Positions 1 through 13,300 of a DNA stretch of 64,000 bases are shown here, in pieces (position 1 is the first letter of the stretch; every line of letters begins with the position of its first letter). Under the pieces are notes generated by a model. The model was not told the DNA's origin. It worked only from the letters and a program-made list of their open reading frames with translations, and did not search any database. Origin of the DNA: Gekko japonicus (Eukaryota); contig NW_015172593.1 in NCBI RefSeq assembly GCF_001447785.1, positions 298,811 to 362,810 on the forward strand. The letters are read 5' to 3'. A program made the position numbers and the translations under genes.

Positions 1-1639
1 CAATGCCAGTTCAGCAACTCCCCAGGAACAGGTATGTCAGTCATGGCGCACTGCACAGCCACCTGGGAGGGACAAGGTGATAGGTCACTGTGCCAACCAA
101 TCAGATGATTTCCACTTTTCCTGTTGGCATCCCATGGAAGAGCCCAGGACAGACCAGAGTTCGGGACAGACACCCACAACATGTGATCTATAGTGTCTGC
201 CCATTCCCTGCCACAAAGAAATTAGCAAGCACTACCAAATTGAAAATAAAAAATGCTGTTAGCAGTGCAGGAGGAAGCTACACTCAAGCTCACTGACATA
301 TTACTGCACAGAGCATGAAGGGTTTTGTTTGTTTTGTTTTTTCACTTAGGTATCATGATTAACATAATAGACCTATCCTATATTTACGGCTATCAGGAAA
401 AGCTTTTTGGCACTATCCACACAGTGGCAGTTATATCTGAGTAGGCCCAAGCATTGATGCTCTTTTGGGGTCCTACTGCAAACTGATATTATTAAAGAGG
501 AGCTCAGCAGCATCTTAAAGACCTATACCAACATTTATTCCAGCAAAAGTTTTTTGTCAGCATACGCTTTTGAATTTGCCAGATGCATGAACAGCACATT
601 CAGTTGCCAGAATTTTATTACTTTTATCAGTTCATCAACAGATTGGAGTGGTCCAAACCAACTCTTAGTGGATTATTTATTTTAATTTTTTAAAATTTAT
701 TATCAGATTTATACCCCGCCCTCCCCACAAAGCAGGATTACTGACGAGATCTGATTTTCATCTGTGGCTCACTATGCAAATGCAACACACTGTTATCATG
801 AGAAACAGCACCTTCCATCCTCTCTTTGTAACAACCCCTTCCGCACTTCTGTTGTTTGCAGCTTGGGGTATAAACATACCTCACAACTGAATGGGCACAT
901 CATGCATCTGACAAAGTGAGCTGTGACTCACAAAGGCTGGAGTAAGTATTGTTAGACATTAAAGGTGCCACTGGACTCCTGTTTAATTTTGCGATAACAG
1001 TCACACAGCAGCTACCCCTCAGGACAAACTAGCAGGGTTTCTCTTCAGAAATACTCTTTCTTCACTGCTGAGTGATCACAACCGACCCACAAATGTGTGG
1101 AAGTAGTTTTAGATCCAGAGAAGTAGCCATGCCAGCATCTTTTTGAAGCAAAATCAATTAATGATTCTGTTGAATGTGCAATTGATCTGATGGTGGGTTC
1201 CAGTCCATAAAATCTTAGGCCACAATAAATATCCTTAGAGCGCCAGAAGACTTTGCTGCTTCCAAACAAGTTTGACCCCAGCGCTCTGGCTTTTTGAAAG
1301 AAAGCAAGGCATTCATATATAGTTGCAAATAATTGCACCCCTTTCATTTGTTATACATCTCCCATCTCAGTCCCCAAACCAGTGTAATCTGCTTCCACAG
1401 CTCTCCCCCTGTCTCCACACCCCCACCCAAAACTATACCCATCCCATTACAAAATGAACACAGTTCCACACATTATCCCACCCAGATGTTACCCAAACAG
1501 GGCTTACTTTGAGCCAGGGCTCAACACTGGAATGTTGAGAACACCAAAGAGAACACTCCTGTGCATATGCAAAGAGCATTTCTTGCACCAAGGGATAAGC
1601 AGCAGCTACCGCTTCCCCCCACCAGTCTAGAACTAGGAG

Positions 1640-2100
1640 CCACAGCCTCCAGCGCGGCACTGGCAATGCAAACAAAGTTTGCCCTTCCAGACGGGCTACA
1701 TACACGCCAAGACTGCCCCCCAAGCTCCGGCTCCGCTCCTCGGCTGGATGGCTCCTGATAACCTTATTACGCCCCGTCTCTTCGCTTGCTCTTCAGCTCA
1801 GCCCCTTCCCGAGGAGGCTGAAACCCACCTCCCCTGCTGGCCCCCTGGATATCCGAGGGGTGGAAGGCGGCCGAAGTGCCTGTTCCCCGCCTGCGCGGCC
1901 CCAGCTCCTCCCCACAGCTCCCAGACGGCTGTTTGACGTCTCTATGGAAACGAAGCAAAGGCAGTATATATTGCTTGGAGAGCTGGGTGTTGCACCCCGG
2001 CCTGTAAAAGGGCAAAGGGGGCTGGAGCACCTCTGTGCTAAACGCGTGCACTCTTAACTAGGAGCAACAAAAGTATTTTGCAGTACGCACGCGCGTGTGT
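1640..2100 (-). promoter_or_regulatory. CpG-rich promoter-like element with RFX X-box (1938-1951) and overlapping CRE-like site; probable promoter of the next gene to the left (TTLL3 by synteny)
   Basis: GTCTCTATGGAAAC fits GTYNCY-AT-RGNAAC; TGACGTCT at 1934-1941; local CpG enrichment. Confidence 0.55.
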
Positions 2101-2191
2101 GTTGGTTTTGGGGGGACTAGACATGACCACAGGACAAGGTGCCCTCTTGGTTTGGAAAGGAGAAACCTCAGACCTCCCAAAGAGATGTTAT

Positions 2192-2397
2192 CAATGTTCC
2201 CTCTAAGCTGTGGAGTCTTGTGAGCAAAAATTCCACTTCGTGAGCTACTGGCACTAAAGTTGTGAGCGAGCAATTTGGCTACTGCATAAATTCATTTGCT
2301 CTGGAGCCATCCTTCCTGAGCTAAGACAAAAATGTGTGAGCTGGAGGCTAAAAAACCGTGAGTTAGCTCACACTAACCCAACTTAGAGGGAACACTG
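2192..2397 (+). mobile_element. hAT-type MITE (TIR CAGTGTTCCCTCTAAGCTG family)
   Basis: About 19-bp TIRs; 8-bp TSD gatgttat. Confidence 0.88.
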
Positions 2398-5300
2398 GAT
2401 GTTATACGTCGTTATACTTTTTGTCCCTAACGTTTACCTCAGAGGTGTAATTCGATGGCACGTTTTCCCACCCATCTCCCTTCTCCTAGGGTTGCCAACT
2501 CTGGATGGGGAAATACCTGGAGATTCTGGAGCCTGGAGAGGGTGGGGTCTGGCGAGGGAAGGGAGGTCAGCAGGGGACGGTGCCAGAGTCCACCCTCCAA
2601 ATTAGCAATTTTCTCCAGGGGGCCTGACCGCTGGAGGTCAGTTGTAACGGGGAGATCTCGAGGCTCTACAAACTTATTTCTCTACTGCTCCCACCCATAA
2701 TGTAACCCAGACACAACAACAGTACAAAATAAAACAATGTCACACACTGTCCCACCCACACACTATGTTGGGCTGGTGTGCCTGTGGAGAAAACAGCTCC
2801 CTACCATCACTGGGAAAGACTGCATATGATTTTTACATGAACTTTGCCATCAGGTATCTCTGGGGTGACCAGGTAGATAGCTGGCTGGTAGAATGAAGGG
2901 ATGCAACTGTCTGAGGTGATGTTCCAGGCAATGTTATGAAGAGAGGCTGTCCAGAATTAGACTTGAGAGGTTTATAAAGTCGAACACCAGGTAGGGGGAA
3001 AATGCTTGCTTCTTGGTAAAGTTGCCCTCTCTCACTTTCAGTCTTGAGGAGGCAGCTGAAGACAGTTTTATTTAGGACTGCATTTTGTTCAGTTTACTAG
3101 CAGTCCTGAGTTGCGATTTAGAAATTTAGTTTTTTATATTTTAGTGCACATTATTATATATGTTCTATGATGGAAGCCACCATGAGTTCTGCAAAAAAGA
3201 AAGGCAGCTACTAAATGTTTTCAATACAATAAAGAGGTCAGAAAAGGGAAGGATGAAAGTCTGTGTGGTTGAGAAACGCATTGAACAATAAACCACAGAT
3301 CTGTTGGAGGACATGAAACTTACAGAGAAGAGGACATACTAGTCATTTACCTTAGATGTGGCTCATGCAGTCTCTCGGGAACCTCTGATGAGTCATTCAC
3401 ATCTGCTTCCCCCAGTGACAGAAGGGTACGCACAGGGACACGGGTACAATTGGAAACCTCTCCCTTCACAATTCGAGTATGGACAAGCCTACTTATGGAT
3501 GCAAGCGTGGAAAGCCTCAACAGGATAGTCGGAGCTTAGAAGCAAACAAAATCCTAAAAGCAGGGCCTGCTTTGAAAGAGGATGAATGACATTACAGAGT
3601 AAATGTAATGGAACCTAGAGAAAAGATCCAGGATGCTTCACCTGTGACATCAGAGGGTGTCAGAACCACTATACATTCCAGGCTTCTGTTCCATGAGCTC
3701 AGTGGCTGCATTTCCGTGTGATTGCACATCCACGTCAACCCATATCTGAGACTGGCAATGAAACATCAGTCATCCTTAGGCTAGTAATGCCTCAGTTTTA
3801 TCATCCCCCTCATCCTCCCTCTGGGCAGATACTGCTGTAATTTTCCATGGTGCAAAAGGAGGCTAGGACTAAGTGCAGCATGAACAATCACTGTCTTAGA
3901 CCTCAACTGGATGGACTGGAAACTCAGCATCAGGCGATCAGTGTCTGATATGGATCGTATGAACTAAATTGAGTCAAAAGCTTAGGAAGAGCTCATATGT
4001 AGCATTACCAACACTAAAACTGTAGAAACCCAGAAGCAGCAGCCCCAGCTGACACAACAAATGTAGTAAACACCTACCTTTACCTAGGCCAGTGGTCTCA
4101 ACCCATGGCTCAGGACCCTCAGCCCCTTCAGGGCTGCCTTTGTTGTTGCTTTTTTTTTGGAAGATCCATGGAACTGGTGCACACACAGAGAGAGCAAAGG
4201 TGCCACATCAAGCTGCCTTGGCATACACGCTCAAAGAACAGCAGGACAGTGATGTTTCTCAGTGACGGGACTCTTCCTCAGCTTCTTCCTTAGTATGGTA
4301 CACCATACGGGGTGTGAATTGCTTCCTGTCCTCAGCTCCCTTGGTTTCACAGTTCTGGCCTTGATCAGTGTGAGGACATAAGTCTCCCCTCTTCCTTTCA
4401 TTTCACCATCGGCTTGCAATGCTCACAAGAGCCCCAGCTCCGGAAAAGGCTGAAGACTACTAGACTGTATAAGAAGCTTCCATTTCAGAGAATGGAAACC
4501 GGTAATGTGTAACACCGCAACCCCCCCACCCCCAGCTTGGCTTGGATCCAGTGGTAATTTCTGCTAACGGAAGCAATTGCCACCAGCAGAATGCAACCTT
4601 CTCCCCTTCCCCTGTACTGCTAACAGTCCAAAATGCTTCCCTCCTAGGGGAGCCCTCCAGGAACAGCATGCAGTGGAAGAATGTCTCTGTGTTATGTGCC
4701 ATCAAGTTGCCTCTGACTTCTGGTGACCCTATGAATTAATGAGCTCCAAAATGCCCTATCAAAAACAGCCTTGCCAACTGAAGGCTGTGGCTTCCTTTGA
4801 GACAACCCACCTCATGTTGGTAACGTACACTAAGAAATGCACACGTGTGTCATGTGCTGGATTTAACCATATGCCTACCAACCCATATCCTTTCTAGAAC
4901 CTTATCACTCCTCATCACATCCATAGATTTCTATATATGGAGGCTGCAATAGCCAAGCAGTTGCCTGGGAATAATATGTTGCTAAGGAGCAGCAGGGGAA
5001 GACTGATCCCCTTAGCCTTGCTTGCAGGCCTCCTCTGTGGATATGGTCAGTGATCGTAGGAAACCGTAGTGCCGTCTGTAAGCCGCCCTGAGCCCGTTCG
5101 CAGGGAGGGCGGGGTACAAATACAATTAAATAAATAAAATAAATAGGAAACAGGATGTCAAAACTTTAGACACAGCAGAAGTCTTATGTTTTCTTGCAAA
5201 ACCCCTTTGGCTTCATATCTTTGAGAGAGAACCCGTTTGGGTTTTTTTGCATCAAGTCACGACTTACATGGCGACCCCGTGGGGTTGTCAAGGCAAGAGA

Positions 5301-5918
5301 TGTTCAGAGGTAGTCTGCTATTGCCTGCCTCAGCATCAAGACCCTTGGTGGTCTCCCATCCAAATACTAACCAGGGCCGACCCAACTTAGCTTCTGAGAT
5401 CTAATGAGGTCAGGCTAGTTGGCCCATCTAGGTCAGGGCAAGAGTGCCCAACTGCCCAGTTATTAATCACATTCTTTTAAACAGTCGCCCTCTGAGCCTT
5501 TTCAACTTTCTTTTTTGTAAACTTAGTACAGGAAAAACCACATAAAGAATGGGTGTTCATTCTGCCATCAGTACATTGAGAGTAGGCAGTAGAAAGCAGC
5601 TCTTGAATCAGTTTATGGGCTACAGCTTGGCAGTCTCTTACCCACAACAGAAGCTCAGTATGAGACACTAGCGAGAGTCCATTTTTTGCTTAACAGAGGG
5701 CATTGCTTTACACCACAGATTAACATGTGCTACAGGCTCTCAGTGGGGCAGAGGTACATGCTCTGTCTTCACCACAAACGGTGAGGAGGAACAAGACCAA
5801 ATCTTTGCCCTCTAGAAGAGACCTATCTTTCTTTGAGGCTTGGAACATTTTGTCTATAACCCATTTGAGAAACAGGCAGTTGATGCAATTTTGGCATTTA
5901 AAATAATTTAGCAGCACA

Positions 5919-5924
5919 TTTATT
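5919..5924 (-). terminator. Candidate distal ARPC4 polyadenylation signal AATAAA
   Basis: tttatt on + strand at the end of a repeat-free 1.4 kb stretch after the stop codon. Confidence 0.5.
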
Positions 5925-6840
5925 CAAACCACTACTGTGGTTTACCAAAACTTCGATACACTACCTACTGTTCTATTGTCACTGTGAGTGAAAGAGGAGT
6001 GAGTGGGGTGCAGATTCCCTATGCTTAAACAATCTGTACACGGGAACATCAGAAAAAGATAGAGCAAGCCCTGCCTCCCCAGGTGGAATGCCTGTAAGTA
6101 CAAGGAGGCCTGTTCTGTGTAAAGCAAAGATGAACTCTGAATAAGTTCTCTTATGAGCATGCAATCTTCTGCACCAACATGAATGAGCTGCACAAAATCA
6201 GAGCATTAACAACTGCACATTAGGTACCTAATGTTGTTTGCCTTTGTTCGGGATAATGCCGTCTGCCTTCTGCTAAGATGTAAAAGGAGCGAGCCGCCAG
6301 GGGTCAATACTCCATCCATGTGAAATAACTACTCTGAGGGAACATAGCTCCAAGATTAGGGCAGGGAGGACACAGCATGCAAAAGCACCCTTCATTTCAG
6401 GAGGCAAGAGGAAAAAGGCTTTAATAGGGAGTAAGAAAGTTACAGCAAGTGCCATAGCAAAAAAAGAACCAAGAGTTACAGATTCCAGCTCCGTCTCGTG
6501 CTGCTGATGCGTGGCTTGGACCTCTCCTCCCATCACAGCTTTCTGTGGCACAGGTATGGAAGGGAATGAAATGGCAGGAACAGGAGGCAACACTGTCCAC
6601 AGAATGCTCTGATCCCTATGGGAGCGAGGGGGGGGGGCAGCAGGAAGTTGAGCGGGCTCTCTCCCTAGAAACTGGAGTGACTTGGCACAGGGAAGGTTGC
6701 TGTCTCTAGCACCCAGCCAGCCAAATACTTCCGTGCACCGCTGGAGAGGTGGCGCAAAGTGATCACCCCTGCTGCAGTGAAACGTACCAAGGCTGACTGG
6801 CACGGCAATCATTCCAAGAGCAAGATGCTTCAGGCCTCAA

Positions 6841-6846
6841 TTTATT
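6841..6846 (-). terminator. Candidate proximal ARPC4 polyadenylation signal AATAAA
   Basis: tttatt on + strand, about 470 nt after the stop codon. Confidence 0.5.
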
Positions 6847-7308
6847 CGTTCTTTGTGTTTGAGAAAGGCAGCTTTTCGGAGGCGATTTCTGCATGCGCGG
6901 CAATGAGCTGGAATTCCTGCTGCAGCTCATGCCGAGGGGCTNNNNNNNNNNNNNNNNNNNNNNNNNNNNNNNNNNNNCCCCCCCTCTCCTGCTTTCCCTT
7001 ACAAGAACTTGGCCACTTGGGAGACTCGAGTCAACAAATTACAGCAAGTGATTGTTTTTTTAAAAAAAAGATATCAAGTTAAACACAGGTTTGTTTAAAC
7101 AAGCACAGTTTTTGTTCCAAAAAACATTAAAAAGCACCCTCCCTCCCCTGGGCACGCTGGCGAGTACGGTGGACATTTAGCTGGGACAGCCCCCGCAGGT
7201 CTGGCTGCTTCTCATCTCACTCCCGAGCTGCGGCCCTCTCTGTAGCCCCAGCAAGGTGGCTGTGCAGAGAGAATGAGAAAGCAAAGCTCTGGATTCCAGC
7301 CCCTCGGT

Positions 7309-7314
7309 CTAGAA
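7309..7314 (-). CDS. ARPC4: ARPC4 exon 6 coding part (Phe-stop)
   Basis: Long polypyrimidine tract + cccag, then TTC TAG; completes the 168-aa protein. Confidence 0.88.
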   Translation of the reverse strand, partial: F

Positions 7315-10300
7315 CTGGGGGAAAGAGAAAAAGAAGAAAACCCTGGTTAAGCCAAGAAGCGCATTCACGCAAAATGTATTTTCACCTGCCCAGAACCCCT
7401 TCCAGCACCCCCCCCCCACCCTCCAAGGGCAAAATAAGTACAAGTTATACGATCCTAATGCCATCTCTCCCTTAACATACACCACAGCTCTTGTGCTTTC
7501 ATTGCTGGAGGCAGGACAATTGAGGCAGCAGCAATGCCTTCCTACGCAGAGTTCGACGCTTTTAAGCTGAATGAAGACTTGGAGTAACTCTGCTTAAGAC
7601 GGCACCCTTAGATTATATTACACGGAACGCTTCAAGACTCCAACCAATGGCTCCCTCTAAGCTGTGGAGTCTTGTGAGCAAAAATTCTACTTGGTGAGCT
7701 ACTGGCATCACAGTTGTCAGCAAGCGATTTGGCTGCTGCATAAATTAGTTTGCTCTGAAGCCATCCTTCCCGAGCTAAGACAAAAATGTGTGAGACAGAG
7801 GCTAAAAAACTGTGAGCTAGCTCACACTAACTCAGCTTAGAGGGAACACTGATTATATTTGATTCCCACCACAAGCTTTGTTAGAACGAGTCCAAATGCA
7901 TTCATTCAGAAAAGTCTATAGCTTGTTACTACAACTCCTTTCCCTCAATTCTTTTTATCATTGCAAGTCCTTCTCTTAGTGCCGTCACCCATAGAAGTAA
8001 GGTGAATAGTAATCACGGACAGAGCTTTCTAAGTAGCAGTTGCCCCAGTTGTTGGAACATCTTTCCCAATGCAGGCTGACTGGTAACTATTTTACTGGCT
8101 TTTAATTTAAACACAAAGGGAAACATTCCTCTTCACCCATCCTTTCAGCTAGCTGACATCTTTCTGGGATTTTCATACCACTCTCTATGGCTAGCCTTCT
8201 GTTTACAAACAACTTTTATATTGCTGGTTTTACTGACTGTTTTCACTGCTGCGAGTTTTAGTGTCTGGATCTTAAAAAATTATTTGAAATTAACCATATT
8301 ATTGTTTTATCATCGCTGTTAGCCACTTCCAGCAAGATTTTTAGAAATGCAGGATAGAAATATTCTAAGTAAAATAATACTGACCCTAAAGGATAAGATG
8401 TGCAATACTGACTTCTGGCTATACCCAATATATTTCACCATTAAGCCAGAGTTCAGAGATATAGATAATATTGCAGCACAAAGGCCCTTAATGGCTCCAA
8501 AATACTTAGATAGCTAGCTGAGTCACCTAATTTCAATGGGAAAAGGTCTCCTTTTTTATTTACAAATAATTCTGGCCACACCAGCCCCTGGTACTAAATA
8601 GTCTTCCTTCTACATAAGATGCTGGCAGTCTGATGACCTGTCTACTCATTTCCTGCAAGCCACCAGTGAATTCCAGCACATCATTTGGGCATCACTTCTG
8701 TAATACTTCGATTGGCTTACATTCTTGAGGAACTCCTCAGCCACAATGCGAGCCCTGGCATTGACAGACAACTTCATCTCGCTGATTTCCTTGTCGATTT
8801 CCTCCATGAAGTGAATGACAAAGTCCACCAGCTTGTGCTTGTACATCTGTTCTGTATGGAAGTTTGTGATCAGGAAGCTGATGTCATAGCCCTGAAACAT
8901 AAGAAGAGCAGTGAGAGATTAGCATACGGTCAGCTGAGACAGACCCATCATTCCTTCTGTTGGCTCTTATAATCTACTCACCACTGGCAGAAAAAAATCA
9001 GAAGCCCTAAAATTGTTTATTAATAATCTAGAATAATGGTTCTCTATCTCCAGAAGTAGTAATACCTCAAGATAACTGCAGCTATGTTTGGGGTTTCTGG
9101 AACAGCGACATCTGGAAGCCAGACTGTACTAACCACAGCATCAATACACCCAAGTATTCATTTACTAAATGGTGTATTGCCTACATGGAGAGACACTGAA
9201 AAGAATCAGGAAATAGACATGGCACATTGGGTTTGATCCCAAGCCCTTCCGGTTGTGTGACTCCCACATCACCAATCTGACGGTGGCTACCTTCCATTAT
9301 TCTGAGAGTATGTGAGCTTCCCTGTAAACAAACTCAGAACCCAAGGGGAGGGTGTTTAGACTGGAATTCAGTCACCAAGCCCCACCTGGGACCCGAGTAT
9401 TCCAAGGGGGTTGCAATGCTACAATCTGAGACATGGTGAAGGGTCAAGCTAATTCCTAGCTATTGTCATGGCTGGAAATAGAATATAAGAGGAGCCCCGC
9501 TGGCCCACACCAAGGGTCCATCCAAGCTCTGATCCAACAGAGCCCAATAACAGGAGACTGGATTTATACCCCGCCCTTCAGTCGGAGCACCTTACAATCT
9601 CCTTCCCTTCCTCTCCCCACAACAAACACCCTGGGAGGTAGGTGGGGCTGAGAGAGGTCTCAGAGAACTGCTGTTGAGAGAACAGCTCTGAGAGAACTGT
9701 GACTGACCCAAGGTCACCCAGCACCTGCAATATAGAAGAGTGGGGAATCAAACCCAGTTCTCCAGATTAGAGTCTGCTGCTCTTAACTACTACACCAAAC
9801 TGGTGTAAGACGCTTGCAGGAAGCCCATGAGCAGGACATGGGAAGCAGACCTCCCCTGCTGCTGCTCCCTATGACTGGTATCCAGTTGCATATTTCCTTT
9901 GAATGTGGAGATTCCACAAAGCCATTATGGGTTAAAAGCTGTTTGTAGACCTAGACCATGGCTTTCTCAACCCCCTTTGAAAACCATCTAAACTAGGGTA
10001 CATTACCCTATCCTGTGGAAGAAAGTAAATATTGCTAAACAAACATTATATGAGGAAGTATTCTGTATGTTTAGCATTAGTATTCCTCAAATCAGCCAGT
10101 GCAAAGATAAAAAGTACATACAAACATTCTTTAGCCAGTCAGCAATAAATGTCACTTGTGACCTTAAGCAAATCAGCACCTCGCACAGAGCCAAGACCCT
10201 GGTCAGCAATGTTCCCTCTAAGCTGTGGAATCTTGTGAGCAAGAATTCTACTTTGTGAGCTCCTGGCATTAAAGTTGTGAGCAAGCTATTTGGCTACTGC

Positions 10301-13300
10301 ATAAATCAGTTTGCTCTGGAGCCATCCTTCCTGAGCTAAGACAAAAACGTGTGAGCTGGAGGCTAAAAAACTGTGAGCTAGCTCACACTAACTCAGCTTA
10401 GAGGGAACACCGCTGGTCAGGTCACCTCAACTCACCTCAACAGGTTTCCGACGTAAAATGAAGAAGTTCTCCGCTCTCATCATCATGAAGCGCATGAACT
10501 TGTGACACAGGATCTTCTCAATCTCATCTGCCTGCAGAACCAGAAAAGGAAGCCCTTCAGCATTTCCACCAAGGTAAGCTGGAGTGACTATCCCAACCCC
10601 TTTTTCTCTTGGGCTCTGCTTACCTGCTTCACTGCAATGCTGACTCGCACAGAGTTGATAGACCCTTCAATCAGGACTTTCTCTTTCTCATTTCGGCTGA
10701 TGATCACAGGCTGCAACAACAGCTCCTTGCTGCTTCTGCAAAGCCACAAAGAGACATACATTTGTATCAAAGAGGCACAGTGCACACTCCGGTACAAAAT
10801 CATCCAGATTTCTCCCCATATGCATGCATCTGACATACACACAGTATAAGCCTATATTCAGCTTTCAGGAGGCCCCCCCCCATTCAGAAGCATTTTTACA
10901 AGTCTTGGAGTAAGGGGAACAATTGTGTAATTTCCTCAGCCCTTAGATTTTGTAGAACACATAAGACCTGCAGATTACATGAGGGGTATCTCCTCACCCG
11001 CACCAGTTGCTGTATGGCAACTTATTTATGAGTGGTTTGTTGTGAGGGAAGTGGGGAGAGAAGACAAGAGGATCTGATGTGCAGGAGGCAGCCCAGAAGC
11101 CATATGTCATCTATCCCTGCCCCAAAGACAAAGTATAGGAGCGATTAATTCAGTTACTTGATCAAGAACATTCCAGTAACATGACTAAATGGGCACAGCC
11201 TGAATAAATTCTTAAGATTTTGCATAAAGCCAGAAAATAGCACATTAAAAATGCCATTCAGTTCTATGGGTTGGATTCTGATCTCCTAATGTTAAAGGAG
11301 CCTCAATCATAATTTGGAATCCAATAGGTTTAGCATGATTACATTATACTGCAAGCTGTGAAATCTGGCAAGGACTACTTAAAGGAGTCGCATGCATCAT
11401 CTGGAACCCAACACACACGTATTGTTTACAGCAGCTCTAGAGACTATAGTCTGGGGATTGTGTTTCTCCTAAAATAAGATTAATTTGGCAAGAACTTCCT
11501 ATATGATTTAGACACTTTGTATGGGATATTTAGGCACTGCGGTGGCTCAAGTGGTTAAGACGCTGAACTGCAGGCTGTGGAAGGTCAGTAGTTCAGCAGT
11601 TCGAGACCCGAGTGGCCGCACAATGGGGTGAGCTCCCGTCTCTAGTTCCAGCTCCTGCCAACCTAGCAGTTCGAAAGCAAGAAATTGCAAGTAGATAAAT
11701 AGGTACCACTTTGGTGGGAAGGTAACAGCGTTTGGTGCGCCTTGGTGTTTAGTCATGCCGGCCACATGACCACGGAAACGTCTTCGGACAGCGCTGGCTC
11801 TTCGGCTTTGAAACGGAGATAAACACCACAACCCTAGAGTCAGACTCGACTGGCTTTCGAGCAAGGGAACCTTTACCTTTATGGGATATTTATTATGCTG
11901 AATATATGGAACATTCATTTATGCACCATGTTGTATTTATAGGTTATTTATATATTATTATAATATTTATATTTTTATATTATTTAATTTAGTAATGTAT
12001 GGATTATTAGTTATTCACATGGACTCTTTTATATCTTGGAAAATATTTAACAAATACTCCCTTCTGGATGCCACACAGCTTCACGTCTTCCTTGAACAAC
12101 CCAACCTGGATATTTTAAAAACCACATTTGCCCAGAGAAACCTACCTACACACTTTGGGGAGTCCTTTCTGTGTCCGCATCACCCTCTGAGGTGTGGAAA
12201 CATGAGAAAGAGTTTTTGTTTTGCTTTTAAATAGAGGCACATAACCGTTGGAGCTCTTTCCTCAAGAAGACCAGGCTTTCTCGGGAGGTAGTGGGCTCTT
12301 CTTCTTTGGAGGTTTTTAAACAGAGGCTAGAATGGATGTTAATGGATGGCCATCCGTCCTCTGCCCCTGACATTCTGGCTGAGGCTCCGGCGGCTGTGGT
12401 TGGACGGGTGCGGCAGAGCTGGTTGAAGCTTAATCCATCGAAGACGGAGGTCCTGTACCTGGGTCAGGGGGGAGTGGATGTGGGTATCAGACTCCCCATG
12501 CTGGAAAGGGCACCTTTGGTGCCGGCCCAGAAAGTGAGGAGCCTAGGAGTAACACTGGATGCCTCCCTGTCCATGGAGGCCCAGGTTACTGCAGTCGCCA
12601 GATCTGCATTTTTCCATCTTAGGCAGATTAGGTTCCTGAAAAAAAAGGGGGGACGCGGGGGGGGGGGGATTTGTGAATTTCCTGCATTATGCAGGGGGAT
12701 GGACTTTATGACCCTGGAGGTCCCTTCCAGCTCTATGATTCTAAAACGTACCTTAGCCTTCTTATAACAGGTCAAGGTGGTATTACTTAACACACCTTTA
12801 ACCAGGGTAACACTTAATGATTATAGGCTTCTGGTCTGACTTGTTAGTGCAGTGGTTGAACTAGGATTTGGGAGATCCAGGTTCAAAACCCCACTCTGAC
12901 ATGCAAGCTGGCTGTGTGACCGCGGACCACCCACACTCTTGTAGCCTATAGCCTACCTAACAGGGCTGTTGGGAGGATAAAATGAAGGTGGGGAGAATGA
13001 GCTGCTTTGGGTCCCCACTGGGAAGAAAGGGGGCTATAAACATCTGAATACTGATATGTGGGTTCTGCTGCTGTTTTTGATCTGATTGGTTACCATGTTC
13101 CCTCTTAATGTTTGTTTTTCCCCTACTGAGTGGAGCAGTTCACATCCTGAGCAGAATATAACTGCTGTAATCTTAAAATGTAAAGTACATTATAAATCTA
13201 CTAACAGAAAAGTCCACAGAGACCTATTCCAATGCTGTAGACTGATAAGAGACTGATGGAGGTTGCAGCAGTCATAAATGATAAGAGATGCAGCCGGCTG

